The notes: generated from the sequence alone by a model not told the origin. A stretch of 64,000 bases of DNA from Candidatus Harrisonbacteria bacterium CG10_big_fil_rev_8_21_14_0_10_40_38 (GCA_002773535.1 PFAZ01000009.1:34739-98738), one strand, 5' to 3'. Positions 37,587 to 46,561 are shown, counted from the first letter of the stretch. Translations and numbers: made by a program.

Positions 37587-38633
37587 GTGAAACATTTTTA
37601 TTTGTTTCACGCTTTTTTGTTACAAAGTGTTTCACGTGAAACACTTTGTAACAAATTTCGAGTGCTTTAAAATATTTTTAACTTATTTTTTTGGTTTGGT
37701 GTTTGACGTGAAACACTTAATAAAATTAATGAGATTGTTATCTGATGTTTCACGTGAAACATATTTCTTTTTTTAGATTAGGTTTACCCATAAATGTTTT
37801 TATTTACTTCTGTGCATCAATGCTTGATGAGCTTATTTAAAAAATATCTACGCGGCATGTTTGACGTGAAACATGTCTCTTTATTGCGCTCTCTGCTATT
37901 AATTTCTTTTTGTGAGTGTTTGACGTGAAACACTTAATAAAATTATTTTTTCCAAATCCCCTATTCTTACTTTTTTAAATTTTAGTCTTTTGGTTTAGCT
38001 TGTGTGTTTGACGTGAAACATGTAAAACTTTTTACGGCTTTATTAACTGCTGACTTTTTTATTTTCCTCCGCTCGATTTTGGAATATCTTTTCTGTTCTA
38101 TGTGTTTCACGTGAAACACTGTTTAATACCTTTTACCTGTCTGAAAAATTTTTTACGCACGATGTTTCACGTGAAACATATTTTTACCTTTGTTATCATA
38201 CTTCACAAGAGGTCAGGTGTTGTAGGTATCTTCGAGCACAGATGCGCGATTAGTCTCTCACCGATGTGCTCGTATTCCTTCATGTTTGGCCTCTCTTTTT
38301 TTAAAACGATTTGTTTCTCACTTTGAATAGAAGTGTTTGGCGTGAAACACTTGGATCGGTTTTTAAGCTGCTCGGTTTCCTGCTTTTTTGTTTTTTATCT
38401 TTTAGTAATTCCTTTTGTACTTTTATGACTTTCACAGATTTATCGATTTTCTAAACCTGGTTTTCAAATTTTGTTTAATACTTTTATTTTTACTTAGATA
38501 CTTTTTTGGGTAGAATTTTTTTTCTTTTAAGAAAATGTTTCACGACAAACATTTATTGATGCTTTATTTGTGTTGAGATGTGAAACATAGTGTGAAACAT
38601 GTGTTTTAGTGTGAAACATTTTAAATGTTTCAC
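37587..38633. repeat. dense array of ParB-binding parS sites (16-bp palindrome TGTTTCACGTGAAACA and variants): centromere-like array
   Basis: Full sites at: 37628-37643 (perfect), 37700-37715 (TGTTTGACGTGAAACA), 37746-37761 (perfect), 37858-37873 (G variant), 37917-37932 (G variant), 38005-38020 (G variant), 38103-38118 (perfect), 38163-38178 (perfect), 38334-38349 (TGTTTGGCGTGAAACA), 38536-38551 (TGTTTCACGACAAACA). Additional half-sites: 37587-37594, 37603-37610, 38580-38587, 38592-38599, 38611-38618, 38626-38633. Spacing is irregular, about 46-200 bp. The region is non-coding. The 74-aa ORF at 38102-38326 (MFHVKH...) is just a translation of parS copies. Confidence 0.85.
37617..37654. repeat. 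38-bp perfect palindrome centred on the first parS site
   Basis: ttgttacaaagtgtttcac|gtgaaacactttgtaacaa. Confidence 0.8.
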
Positions 38634-38663
38634 ACTTGTTTCTTGTATGCTTTACTTATTTAC

Positions 38664-39077
38664 ATGGCAACACATAATGAAATCGGCATATTGGGCGAGT
38701 TGATTGCCGAGAAGTATCTTAAATCGATTGGTTGCCGAATTATTAATAAAAATTTTTTAAGAACTTGGGGGGAGATTGATCTTATTGTTTTAGCAAAGGA
38801 TAAAACATTGGTATTTGTAGAGGTAAAGACTATGAGGAAAAATGCTTTTTTAAAACCCGAAGATAATGCGACTTATAGCAAACTCGAAAAAGTAAAGAGA
38901 ACTGCCATGTTTTATGTAGGAGAGAACCAAAAACTTATTAGCGACAAGAGGGGGTGGAGAGTTGATGTTGTTTCAATACTTCTGCCACAAAATTTTTCTA
39001 TCGCATCGGAAGTTAATATGAAAAAATTTGTTAAAAAATTTTCTGATTACAAACTAAATCATTTTGAAAATGTGTAG
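38664..39077 (+). CDS. yraN: YraN-family (UPF0102) endonuclease
   Basis: MATHNEIGILGELIAEKYLKSIGCRIINKNFLRTWGEIDLIVLAKDKTLVFVEVKT is the typical UPF0102 pattern. The ORF track start at 38625 lies within the parS array; ATG 38664 is the more likely start. Confidence 0.8.
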   Translation: MATHNEIGILGELIAEKYLKSIGCRIINKNFLRTWGEIDLIVLAKDKTLVFVEVKTMRKNAFLKPEDNATYSKLEKVKRTAMFYVGENQKLISDKRGWRVDVVSILLPQNFSIASEVNMKKFVKKFSDYKLNHFENV

Positions 39078-39094
39078 AATTGTTTTCCCCATGG

Positions 39095-39124
39095 GTTTAT
39101 TCTTTTAGATTTTCATGGTATACT
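39095..39124 (+). promoter_or_regulatory. putative extended -10 promoter for tRNA-Lys and recG
   Basis: TGgTATACT at 39116-39124, just upstream of tRNA-Lys. No good -35 element. Confidence 0.35.
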
Positions 39125-39140
39125 CTGTCAAGAAAATTAT

Positions 39141-39213
39141 GCATCCATAGCTCAATTGGCAGAGCAGCTCCCTCTTAAGGAGACGGTTCCAGGTTCGATT
39201 CCTGGTGGATGCA
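39141..39213 (+). tRNA. tRNA-Lys (anticodon CUU)
   Basis: GCATCCA TA GCTC AATTGGCA GAGC A GCTCC CTCTTAA GGAGA CGGTT CCAGG TTCGATT CCTGG TGGATGC A. Confidence 0.8.
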
Positions 39214-39215
39214 CA

Positions 39216-41351
39216 ATGATTACTCTTTCGACTGAACTTTTACGCATCAGGGGCATAAGCCCTTCACTTATCGCCCACCTAAAAAAACTGAAGATTGAAA
39301 CTGTGAGAGACCTTCTTTGGCACTTCCCAACGCGGTATGAAGATTTTTCACGAATCACTCAAATTGCTGATTTGTCGCCTAATCAATCGACGACAGTTTC
39401 TGGTGTAATTAAAAAAGTTTCCAGCAGATATTTACCGCGCAAACGTTTTACTATAGTTGAAGCTGTAATAACTGATAGTACTGGTGAAGTAAAAGCTATC
39501 TGGTTTAATCAACCTTATATCACACGCATACTTAGGCCCGGACTGAAAGTTAATTTTGCAGGTAAGGTTGTTATAGATAAAATTTCCAGAACACTGTGTT
39601 TTTCAAATCCAACACACGAAATTTATAGAGGTTATCAAAAACAAACTCATACAGCTGGCCTTATTCCAATTTATCCGGAAACAAGGGGACTCACATCAAG
39701 AGGAATAAGATATTTAATTCAGCCAATATTAAAAGTACTTCCAAAAATTCCCGATTTTATACCTGAACATATTTTGAAATCCGAGCGTCTTCCGAGTATC
39801 AACAACGCACTCAATTACATTCACTTTCCAAAAAATTTAGGTGAAGTAGAACAGGCAAAGAAAAGATTTTCTTTTGAATCTCTTCTCCTTATACATTTAA
39901 ATAATTTAAAAATTAGAGCCGAGATATCTGGAGAGAGAGCGCATTCATTTTTGTTTAGTGACGGCGAGATTGACCAACTCTTATCGAGTCTTCCTTTTAC
40001 TCTTACAAAAACACAGGTGAGGAGTCTCGAGGAAATATTGGAAGACTTAAAAAAACAAACTCCTATGAATAGATTGCTACAAGGGGATGTTGGTAGTGGA
40101 AAAACCGTTATTGCAGCTATTGCGGCTTTGAGCATAGCAAAAACCGGGAAACAGGTGGCGATTATGGCGCCGACTGAAATACTTGCAAGGCAACATTACG
40201 CAACTTTTAAAAAATTATTTGGAGAAATTATGAAGGAGTGGGGGGTATCCTGCGCATTTATTTCCGGAGGGATATCAGCCTCTGCGAGGAAGCTTATTGC
40301 GGCGAGTATAAAAGCTTCTGAAATAAATGTTGTCATAGGGACACATTCACTAATACAAAAATCTATATCTTTTTCTGATCTGGCTTTTGTTGTTGTTGAT
40401 GAGCAACAAAGATTTGGTGTTGCGCAGAGGGCGAGACTTTTAAATGCATATAATACGGAACCTGTAACCGCTTCAACGAGAAAGACTTCGACTTATCCTC
40501 ATTTTTTATCAATGAGCGCAACTCCTATACCTCGAACTGTTTCTCTTACGATTTTTGGAGACTTAAATATTTCCACAATTGAAGAGTTGCCGAGTGGAAG
40601 AAAGCCAATAGTCACAAAAGTGGTTGATCCCGAAAACAGGGACAAGGCCTACTTATTTATGAGAGAACAAATAAAGAAGGGGAGGCAGGTGTTTATCGTA
40701 TGCCCAAGAATTGAAAATAGTACAGAAACAGAATCTAAGCTTCTTATAGATAAGAGGCAAGTTGAAGTTAAAACTGTGCAGGAAGAATATGACCGATTAT
40801 CGAAAGAGGTTTTCCCCGATCTTCGAGTTTCAATGATTCACGGCAGGATGAAAGCGAAGGAAAAGGATATGATAATGAAACAATTTTCTTCTGGATATAC
40901 AAATATACTTGTTTCAACATCTGTTATTGAGGTTGGTGTTGATGTTCCAAATGCGGCTGTGATGGTGATAGAGGGCGCTGATAGATTTGGCCTTGCACAG
41001 CTTTACCAATTTAGAGGCAGGATAGGCAGGGGGGAGCATCAATCTTTTTGTCTCTTGTTTTCAGAATCTTCCAGCAGCACAACTGCGCAGCGACTTGGCG
41101 CGCTACTTAAAGCTCGCAATGGATTTGAGCTTGCCGAGCTTGATTTAAAGCTTAGGGGGCCTGGGGAATTTTTGGGCGACAGACAGACCGGTATGCCAGA
41201 CATAGCAATGAATGCGCTAATGGATCCCGTACTGATAAGATCGAGTAGGCAGGCGTCAATGAAACTTCTTTCGGAAAGCCCAACCCTTGATTCTTATCCG
41301 TTGCTTAAGGAGAGACTTAGCTTAATAAGATCAGCTACTCATCTTGAATGA
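39216..41351 (+). CDS. recG: ATP-dependent DNA helicase RecG
   Basis: N-terminal wedge domain, helicase motifs GDVGSGKT and DEQQRFGV, and the C-terminal TRG motif. The ORF-track start (39156) runs through tRNA-Lys; ATG 39216 (MITLSTELLRIRG...) is the likely true start. Confidence 0.9.
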   Translation: MITLSTELLRIRGISPSLIAHLKKLKIETVRDLLWHFPTRYEDFSRITQIADLSPNQSTTVSGVIKKVSSRYLPRKRFTIVEAVITDSTGEVKAIWFNQPYITRILRPGLKVNFAGKVVIDKISRTLCFSNPTHEIYRGYQKQTHTAGLIPIYPETRGLTSRGIRYLIQPILKVLPKIPDFIPEHILKSERLPSINNALNYIHFPKNLGEVEQAKKRFSFESLLLIHLNNLKIRAEISGERAHSFLFSDGEIDQLLSSLPFTLTKTQVRSLEEILEDLKKQTPMNRLLQGDVGSGKTVIAAIAALSIAKTGKQVAIMAPTEILARQHYATFKKLFGEIMKEWGVSCAFISGGISASARKLIAASIKASEINVVIGTHSLIQKSISFSDLAFVVVDEQQRFGVAQRARLLNAYNTEPVTASTRKTSTYPHFLSMSATPIPRTVSLTIFGDLNISTIEELPSGRKPIVTKVVDPENRDKAYLFMREQIKKGRQVFIVCPRIENSTETESKLLIDKRQVEVKTVQEEYDRLSKEVFPDLRVSMIHGRMKAKEKDMIMKQFSSGYTNILVSTSVIEVGVDVPNAAVMVIEGADRFGLAQLYQFRGRIGRGEHQSFCLLFSESSSSTTAQRLGALLKARNGFELAELDLKLRGPGEFLGDRQTGMPDIAMNALMDPVLIRSSRQASMKLLSESPTLDSYPLLKERLSLIRSATHLE

Positions 41352-41653
41352 TTCTTATTAACACACAATACTTTGTTTTAGTTAAGCATAACTCCTATAA
41401 TGTATGTAACATGGATACAGTTCGTCCACCTTCTCCGCTTTCGGAGCGCGATCATAAGCGTTCGCTCATTATTATTATTTTGGCGTTAGCGCTTGTTGCT
41501 GGTTTTATTATTTGGCAGTCGTTTTTTAGAACAGAGCCATATATAAGAGACGGAAATTTATCTGAAGAGGAATATATTAAAAAATTAAAAGAGCCGATTC
41601 CTACGCCTGCAAGAACAATTGACCCGAGTATAATTGATATACTTACACCTTAA
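41348..41653 (+). CDS. hypothetical small membrane protein
   Basis: 101 aa. ATGA overlap with the recG stop. One TM helix (LIIIILALALVAGFIIW). Confidence 0.45.
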   Translation: MILINTQYFVLVKHNSYNVCNMDTVRPPSPLSERDHKRSLIIIILALALVAGFIIWQSFFRTEPYIRDGNLSEEEYIKKLKEPIPTPARTIDPSIIDILTP

Positions 41654-41655
41654 AA

Positions 41656-42285
41656 ATGAAATTTTTTGAAAAAAAATCCTGGTTAATCATAAAGACATCT
41701 ATTGCGCTAATTTCTGTTTTCTTTTTTACAACTCTTGTTGCGCGTGGAGGATGGTTTTCAAACGGTGGCAACCCGCCAAACAATCAACCCCCTTTTCCTA
41801 TTACAGTAGGAAGTGATTTAGATTCTTTAGGTGAAGCCCAAATAAAGTCAGGTAAATTAGTTGTTAATTCAAATGTTTCGAACCCTGGAAAAATTGGTTT
41901 GCTTGTGCTGGGCTCTGACACTAGTGGAAAAGTTGGAGTAGGAACGAATGTTCCAGGCCAAGCAAAACTTGATGTTGCTGGAAACGTGGGCATTGATAAT
42001 GATGGGATAATAATCCCACGAAATAAAATTGTTTTAGAGGGTTTTTCTTTGAAGAAGATAACTCAATCTGGAACTGATTCTATGACATGGTCTCCTCAAA
42101 GAGCTTGGATGACTCTTTCTGGAACGCCGGTTGACTCTCCTTCGTGTAGTAGCATAAGGTCCAGTGACAGACCCGGTCCATGCCCTCCAGGATTTCAGAC
42201 GTATGTGTCGAATCAGTGTTTAAAGGCTAGGGATTCTTCTACGGGCAATGATTATGTTATAGCTGTTTCTGTTTGTTATAAATAA
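41656..42285 (+). CDS. hypothetical secreted/membrane-anchored protein (paralog family A)
   Basis: 209 aa. N-terminal TM helix. Motif GKVGVGTNVPGQAKLDVAGNVGID, which is shared with the next two ORFs. Confidence 0.5.
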   Translation: MKFFEKKSWLIIKTSIALISVFFFTTLVARGGWFSNGGNPPNNQPPFPITVGSDLDSLGEAQIKSGKLVVNSNVSNPGKIGLLVLGSDTSGKVGVGTNVPGQAKLDVAGNVGIDNDGIIIPRNKIVLEGFSLKKITQSGTDSMTWSPQRAWMTLSGTPVDSPSCSSIRSSDRPGPCPPGFQTYVSNQCLKARDSSTGNDYVIAVSVCYK

Positions 42286-42288
42286 TTT

Positions 42289-42909
42289 ATGAGAGAAAAA
42301 TTTTTAACAATTTCATCGCGATTTATAATTTCTGTTTTTGCTTTTTTGATTTCCGGAGTTTTGGCAGTTTATGCTTTTTCGGAACCAACAAATACCGACT
42401 ACAATCAAAGCATTCCGTCTACATTAAATAACGGGTCTGTAACTCAGCATAAGTTAGGTAATCTTATATTAAATTCTCAAAACTGGTTTGGGGAGGGTCT
42501 TATTGTTTATGATTTTAATAATCCGCAAGACGCCAAGTTTGGGATAGGGACGGAGAATCCGAGCGAGCGATTGCAAGTATTGGGAGATGTTTTTGTATCT
42601 GGGGTTATCAATGTTTTAAATAGTGGTGGTCTTGATTATGGTCAAGATAATCAATTTCTTCTTAGGGTTAGAAACAATCAAATGGATTGGGATTTCAGCT
42701 CTGCGTGGCTTAGCATACCCCAGATAATGACTGTTGATACGAACGGCAATTGCACTGTTGCTATTGCTGACTGCCCAACAGATTGGACTGTTCCTGATTC
42801 GAGAATTTGGAACGAATACGCTTCGTCGGTTGTATATCTTAATAATTGCCCTCTAACCCCGGGAGTTTATATAGGTCGGCAAGCTAAGTTGTGTTATAGA
42901 GCTTACTAA
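42289..42909 (+). CDS. hypothetical secreted/membrane-anchored protein (paralog family A)
   Basis: 206 aa. N-terminal TM helix. Motif KFGIGTENPSERLQVLGDVFVSG. Confidence 0.5.
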   Translation: MREKFLTISSRFIISVFAFLISGVLAVYAFSEPTNTDYNQSIPSTLNNGSVTQHKLGNLILNSQNWFGEGLIVYDFNNPQDAKFGIGTENPSERLQVLGDVFVSGVINVLNSGGLDYGQDNQFLLRVRNNQMDWDFSSAWLSIPQIMTVDTNGNCTVAIADCPTDWTVPDSRIWNEYASSVVYLNNCPLTPGVYIGRQAKLCYRAY

Positions 42910-42916
42910 AATTTAT

Positions 42917-44200
42917 ATGAATTTAAATAATTTCAGAAAAAAAATTGGTTTGTCTTTTGTTTATGCATTGTTTTCGGTTTTGTTTATATCTGGATTAGTA
43001 GCTTATGCATATTGGGTTGATCCACTAAGTAATAGCGGGAACATAAGAGCTCCTATAACAACAAGTAGCAGTGGTCAACTTAGAGAGGGGACTCTTACTG
43101 TTGGCGCGATTTCTGTTATGGGTGGAGCTAATACAGGTAAAGTCGTTCTTACAAATAGGGGAACCAATGGCCTTCCTTCTGATGGCGAGTTGGGAACGGC
43201 GAGGTTGTATGTCGAAGGAGATGTGAGAGTGGATAATTTAATAATACCTAATAGAGATCAGGGCTCGGATCCGAGCGACCACCTTCATAAACAAGTTCTT
43301 ACACTCACTGACAAAGATTCTGATTCTTGGGATCCCTGGCATCCTTCAATGGCGTGGGAGCCACAGCTTGCGTGGCTGACAATTGTTTCTAGGGAAAAAT
43401 TGCCTGGTAATTCATGTGGTGATGGAGTGTGCACTGACCCGGAAAACGCTGTCACGTGTCCAAAGGATTGCAGTAGTCAATGTCCATTACCGGGGACACC
43501 GGGTTGGGACGGAAATCAATTTACTTGCATACAACCATATTGCGGTGACTCTGTTTGTCAGAGAGTTGCGGGCTATTTTGAAAAGCCGGCTGGAGCGCCT
43601 GGCCCTGGTAATGTGTGCTTGAATGATTGTGGAACGTGGAGCGGTGATGAATTTCCGCCTGTCTATCCAGGAGGTTTTTGCGGAGATGGCATAGTACAAA
43701 GCGGTGGACCGAGATTTGAGCAATGTGATCCACCGGGAACATCTAGGTGGTATACTCATCCAAACGGCTTGGATTGTCTTGTTGGGTGTTCTGATATATG
43801 TACTGCGTTTAGCTGGTGCGGAGTTTTTCCACCCCCACCACTTGATGGAACACCGACGCCAACTCCATCGCTCGATCCTACGCCAACGCAATCGCCAACT
43901 ATCACTGATTGTAATGACTCCGACTCAGCACTCTCATGTGGAGAGAGGAGATGTGGTAGACCAAGTGAGGTTTGTGTGTCTGTGGGAAGTTCGTGTAGGT
44001 GCCAAGGAACTGGTGGTGGAGTAGAGAGAGACGCGCCGTCAAATCTTGCTTCGTTTATTGATGTGGCTAAGGCTCAAACAAGTTGTGATAACTTGGCTCT
44101 TCCGCAGTTTTGTTCTGATGGATGGCTTGAGCAGGGTCTTTATTGTGACAATGGATCAAATCCGGCATGGGTCAGGGTTTGTTATAGACCAATTGAATAA
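42917..44200 (+). CDS. hypothetical Cys-rich secreted protein with a Pro/Thr linker (paralog family A N-terminus)
   Basis: 427 aa. N-terminal TM helix. GTARLYVEGDVRVDNLII motif. Many Cys residues (CGDGVCTDPENAVTCPKDCSSQCP). Linker TPTPTPSLDPTPTQSPT. Confidence 0.5.
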   Translation: MNLNNFRKKIGLSFVYALFSVLFISGLVAYAYWVDPLSNSGNIRAPITTSSSGQLREGTLTVGAISVMGGANTGKVVLTNRGTNGLPSDGELGTARLYVEGDVRVDNLIIPNRDQGSDPSDHLHKQVLTLTDKDSDSWDPWHPSMAWEPQLAWLTIVSREKLPGNSCGDGVCTDPENAVTCPKDCSSQCPLPGTPGWDGNQFTCIQPYCGDSVCQRVAGYFEKPAGAPGPGNVCLNDCGTWSGDEFPPVYPGGFCGDGIVQSGGPRFEQCDPPGTSRWYTHPNGLDCLVGCSDICTAFSWCGVFPPPPLDGTPTPTPSLDPTPTQSPTITDCNDSDSALSCGERRCGRPSEVCVSVGSSCRCQGTGGGVERDAPSNLASFIDVAKAQTSCDNLALPQFCSDGWLEQGLYCDNGSNPAWVRVCYRPIE

Positions 44201-44208
44201 AATTCAAT

Positions 44209-45342
44209 ATGAACAGATTTAAATATTTAATAACGTTCTTATCGCTCGCTTCAGTCGCTTTGTTTTTTGTAGTTTTAACTGCTTCCGCTAGTCATTATGG
44301 AGGTCAGGGTAACACAACGACTGGATGGCTCTGGGGAGGATCAACAAATAGTTCCGAGCAGGGATGTAGCGGTATTGGCGCAGGAGCTGATTGTGGAGCT
44401 TTGGGTTGGGGGAGCGCGACTTATTTAAACGGTGGGCTTGTACTTAACGAGCATGAATATGGTCTTTCTATTCCGGATTCCACTTGCAGTGGATTAGGAT
44501 GCAATATTATTGGTGGTGTGTGGTTTTCAAATGTTGGTTGGGTAAATTTTCAACCGGCTGGAGGCTTTCCATCTGGGGGATGCAATCCTGCATGTCCAAA
44601 CCATGGGGTTAAGAGATCGGGCAACGGTATTATAGGTTGGGCTAGGGTTGAGAGCATTCGTGAGGCAGCGGCTGGTTCTCCACCAAATAATGGTGGCTTT
44701 AGTGGATGGATTAAGATGAGTGGGATTGCCCAAAATAGTTCTTCTTACGGAGTGTCGATTTCACCAGAAGGCCACCTTGGAGGCAAGGCGTGGTCAGATG
44801 AATTTGGATGGATTGATTTTGATGTTAACTATAGTGGAGGAGGTCCTCCGCCACAGAGCTACTGCAATCCTACTAACTTTACGTGTGACCCGAATTTAAC
44901 GAGTGGCGTGCCATGTACGAGCAATAATGAATGCGATGCTTATGTCCACTATCAATGTGTGAATCAGGATTGTAGACAAGTATGGGGGGATCCGGGAGAT
45001 CCAGATACCTGTTCAAGCCCCAATGACTGTAATGGAGGCGGAGGAGGTCTTGTAGTGACATGTTCCGGAGCACCTGACCCAGCGTTTCTATCTAAAGGAG
45101 GGGACGTTACATGGACGCCTGTTGTAACCGGTGGTCAGGGAGATATAACTTACGCGTGGACATTTATGCCGCCTCCTGCAACACGAACTGATCTTGGGGG
45201 AGGAAAAGTACGCGCAGTTTATGATTCAACTGGTGTTAAAGATGCTTCAGTAACTGCAACGGATGAAGATGGTTTAATAGGCTCTGGTGATTGCTCTGTA
45301 AATATGAGGTGGTCACAGCTTCAGGAGACGATTCCTTTCTAA
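44209..45342 (+). CDS. hypothetical secreted protein with Gly/Trp-rich repeats and a C-terminal PKD domain
   Basis: 377 aa. Signal peptide or TM helix. Repeated GW..F motifs (GGVWFSNVGWVNF, FGWIDFDV). C-terminal GGDVTWTPVVTGGQGDITYAWTF is PKD-like. Confidence 0.5.
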   Translation: MNRFKYLITFLSLASVALFFVVLTASASHYGGQGNTTTGWLWGGSTNSSEQGCSGIGAGADCGALGWGSATYLNGGLVLNEHEYGLSIPDSTCSGLGCNIIGGVWFSNVGWVNFQPAGGFPSGGCNPACPNHGVKRSGNGIIGWARVESIREAAAGSPPNNGGFSGWIKMSGIAQNSSSYGVSISPEGHLGGKAWSDEFGWIDFDVNYSGGGPPPQSYCNPTNFTCDPNLTSGVPCTSNNECDAYVHYQCVNQDCRQVWGDPGDPDTCSSPNDCNGGGGGLVVTCSGAPDPAFLSKGGDVTWTPVVTGGQGDITYAWTFMPPPATRTDLGGGKVRAVYDSTGVKDASVTATDEDGLIGSGDCSVNMRWSQLQETIPF

Positions 45343-45365
45343 GAGAAAAGAAAAATGAACAAATC

Positions 45366-45390
45366 AAAACCCCTTTTTAGAGGGGTTTTT
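45366..45390. terminator. bidirectional hairpin terminator
   Basis: AAAACCCCTTTTTAGAGGGGTTTT. Confidence 0.75.
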
Positions 45391-46000
45391 GATTGTCTGT
45401 ATTTATATTTTCTTTGGCTTCAAATTTTTTGGTTAATACCTTACCCATTATGCGGCTCCCGATAATAAAGGTGAGGAATAATATAATAACGAAGGCCCAT
45501 ATTCTATGCAGAACCCATCCAATACCGACTAGGTCTATAAAGGAACCGAGTATGACGCCTATGGTTGTCAATATGCTTAACCATAGAAGGCCTGTGGCGA
45601 AGTGGATTTTTAAAAATTTCCTGTATGGTAGTTTATGCCACCCTGCAAGAAATGGCCCGATTCTATTTACATATGCCACAAATTTTCCAAAGAATGCGAA
45701 TACTGTATACCTGCCGATAAAATTTACATCAAGCCACTCGTGATATTTTTTAAACTTTCTTGTGAACCAAGTTCCAAATCTCGTTTCTCTGGAATATCTT
45801 CCTAAAAAATAAAAACATATATCGCTTAAAATCATTCCCCCAAAGGCGATACCTGCTACGATAAACCAGTTTAATTGCTTGCTATGAGCTAAGAGGGCGG
45901 CGCTTAGATAGAATATGTCGCTATCTATAAACATCCCGCCTAAGAGGATGAGGTAGGCGGTTAGTTGATGGTTGGCTATAAATATTTCAAATGAACCCAT
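45377..46000 (-). CDS. DedA/VTT-domain family membrane protein
   Basis: Polytopic membrane protein. FYFLGRYSR ... GRYTVFAFFGKFVAYVNRIGPFLAG is typical of DedA. The ORF track starts at 46027; the ATG at 46000 avoids overlap with the upstream gene. Confidence 0.6.
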   Translation of the reverse strand: MGSFEIFIANHQLTAYLILLGGMFIDSDIFYLSAALLAHSKQLNWFIVAGIAFGGMILSDICFYFLGRYSRETRFGTWFTRKFKKYHEWLDVNFIGRYTVFAFFGKFVAYVNRIGPFLAGWHKLPYRKFLKIHFATGLLWLSILTTIGVILGSFIDLVGIGWVLHRIWAFVIILFLTFIIGSRIMGKVLTKKFEAKENINTDNQKPL

Positions 46001-46010
46001 ATAATTGAAC

Positions 46011-46547
46011 TTAGTTTTGTACTTCAATCATCATAATGTGTTCGTTAAAGTCTTGGTAGGGATTATATACTGTTTTAATATGACTAAACCCCGCTTTTTC
46101 GAAAGATTTTACTGATGGCGTATTTCCTTCATCGGGGCCGGCGATGCAACGGGGGAGATTGAATAATTTTACTATTATTTCTTTTATAAATTTTTTAATA
46201 ATTTCACTCCCAAGGCCTTTGCCAAGATACTCTTTTTCACCGATAAAAAGGTCTATACCAGAAGCGTCGAAAGATAGGTCTAATAATTTTTGATATTTTG
46301 GAGAATCGGAAAGTTTCCATGTTTGGATATAGCCGATTATTTTTTGGTTGTAAAGAATAATAAAAGGTTTAACTTTTTCTGTGTCTATTCCATCTATTCG
46401 TTTTCCAAATTTTTCTTTTACTTCTTTTTCTGAAACCAATCCTTCTGGATAGTACGTTCCTTGGATGTGTGCCATATTGAGCCATTTGTGGAGAAGGAGA
46501 AGATCGGTATGTTTTAGGGGTCTAAAAGAGATATTAACTGGTGACAT
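46011..46547 (-). CDS. GNAT-family N-acetyltransferase
   Basis: 178 aa. ...EKEYLGKGLGSEIIKKFIKEI is the acetyl-CoA binding motif (Q/RxxGxG/A-like). Confidence 0.75.
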   Translation of the reverse strand: MSPVNISFRPLKHTDLLLLHKWLNMAHIQGTYYPEGLVSEKEVKEKFGKRIDGIDTEKVKPFIILYNQKIIGYIQTWKLSDSPKYQKLLDLSFDASGIDLFIGEKEYLGKGLGSEIIKKFIKEIIVKLFNLPRCIAGPDEGNTPSVKSFEKAGFSHIKTVYNPYQDFNEHIMMIEVQN

Positions 46548-46561
46548 ATAGTATTTTTCGG

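Noticed and set aside
38102-38326. 74-aa ORF (MFHVKH...MFHVKH...)
   Set aside because: It is just an in-frame translation of consecutive parS copies (atgtttcacgtgaaacac). Not a gene.
37587-38633. Could the repeated palindromes be a CRISPR array?
   Set aside because: The repeat unit is only about 16-20 bp and is itself a perfect palindrome identical to the parS consensus. Spacer lengths vary widely (about 30-190 bp), some spacers are duplicated, and no cas genes are nearby. CRISPR repeats are 24-48 bp with uniform-length spacers.
37445-38700. Chromosomal replication origin (oriC)?
   Set aside because: Only one perfect DnaA box (TTATCCACA, in the tRNA-Val promoter spacer) was found. There is no cluster of DnaA boxes, and dnaA/dnaN are not adjacent. 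An AT-rich stretch at 38380-38530 alone is insufficient.
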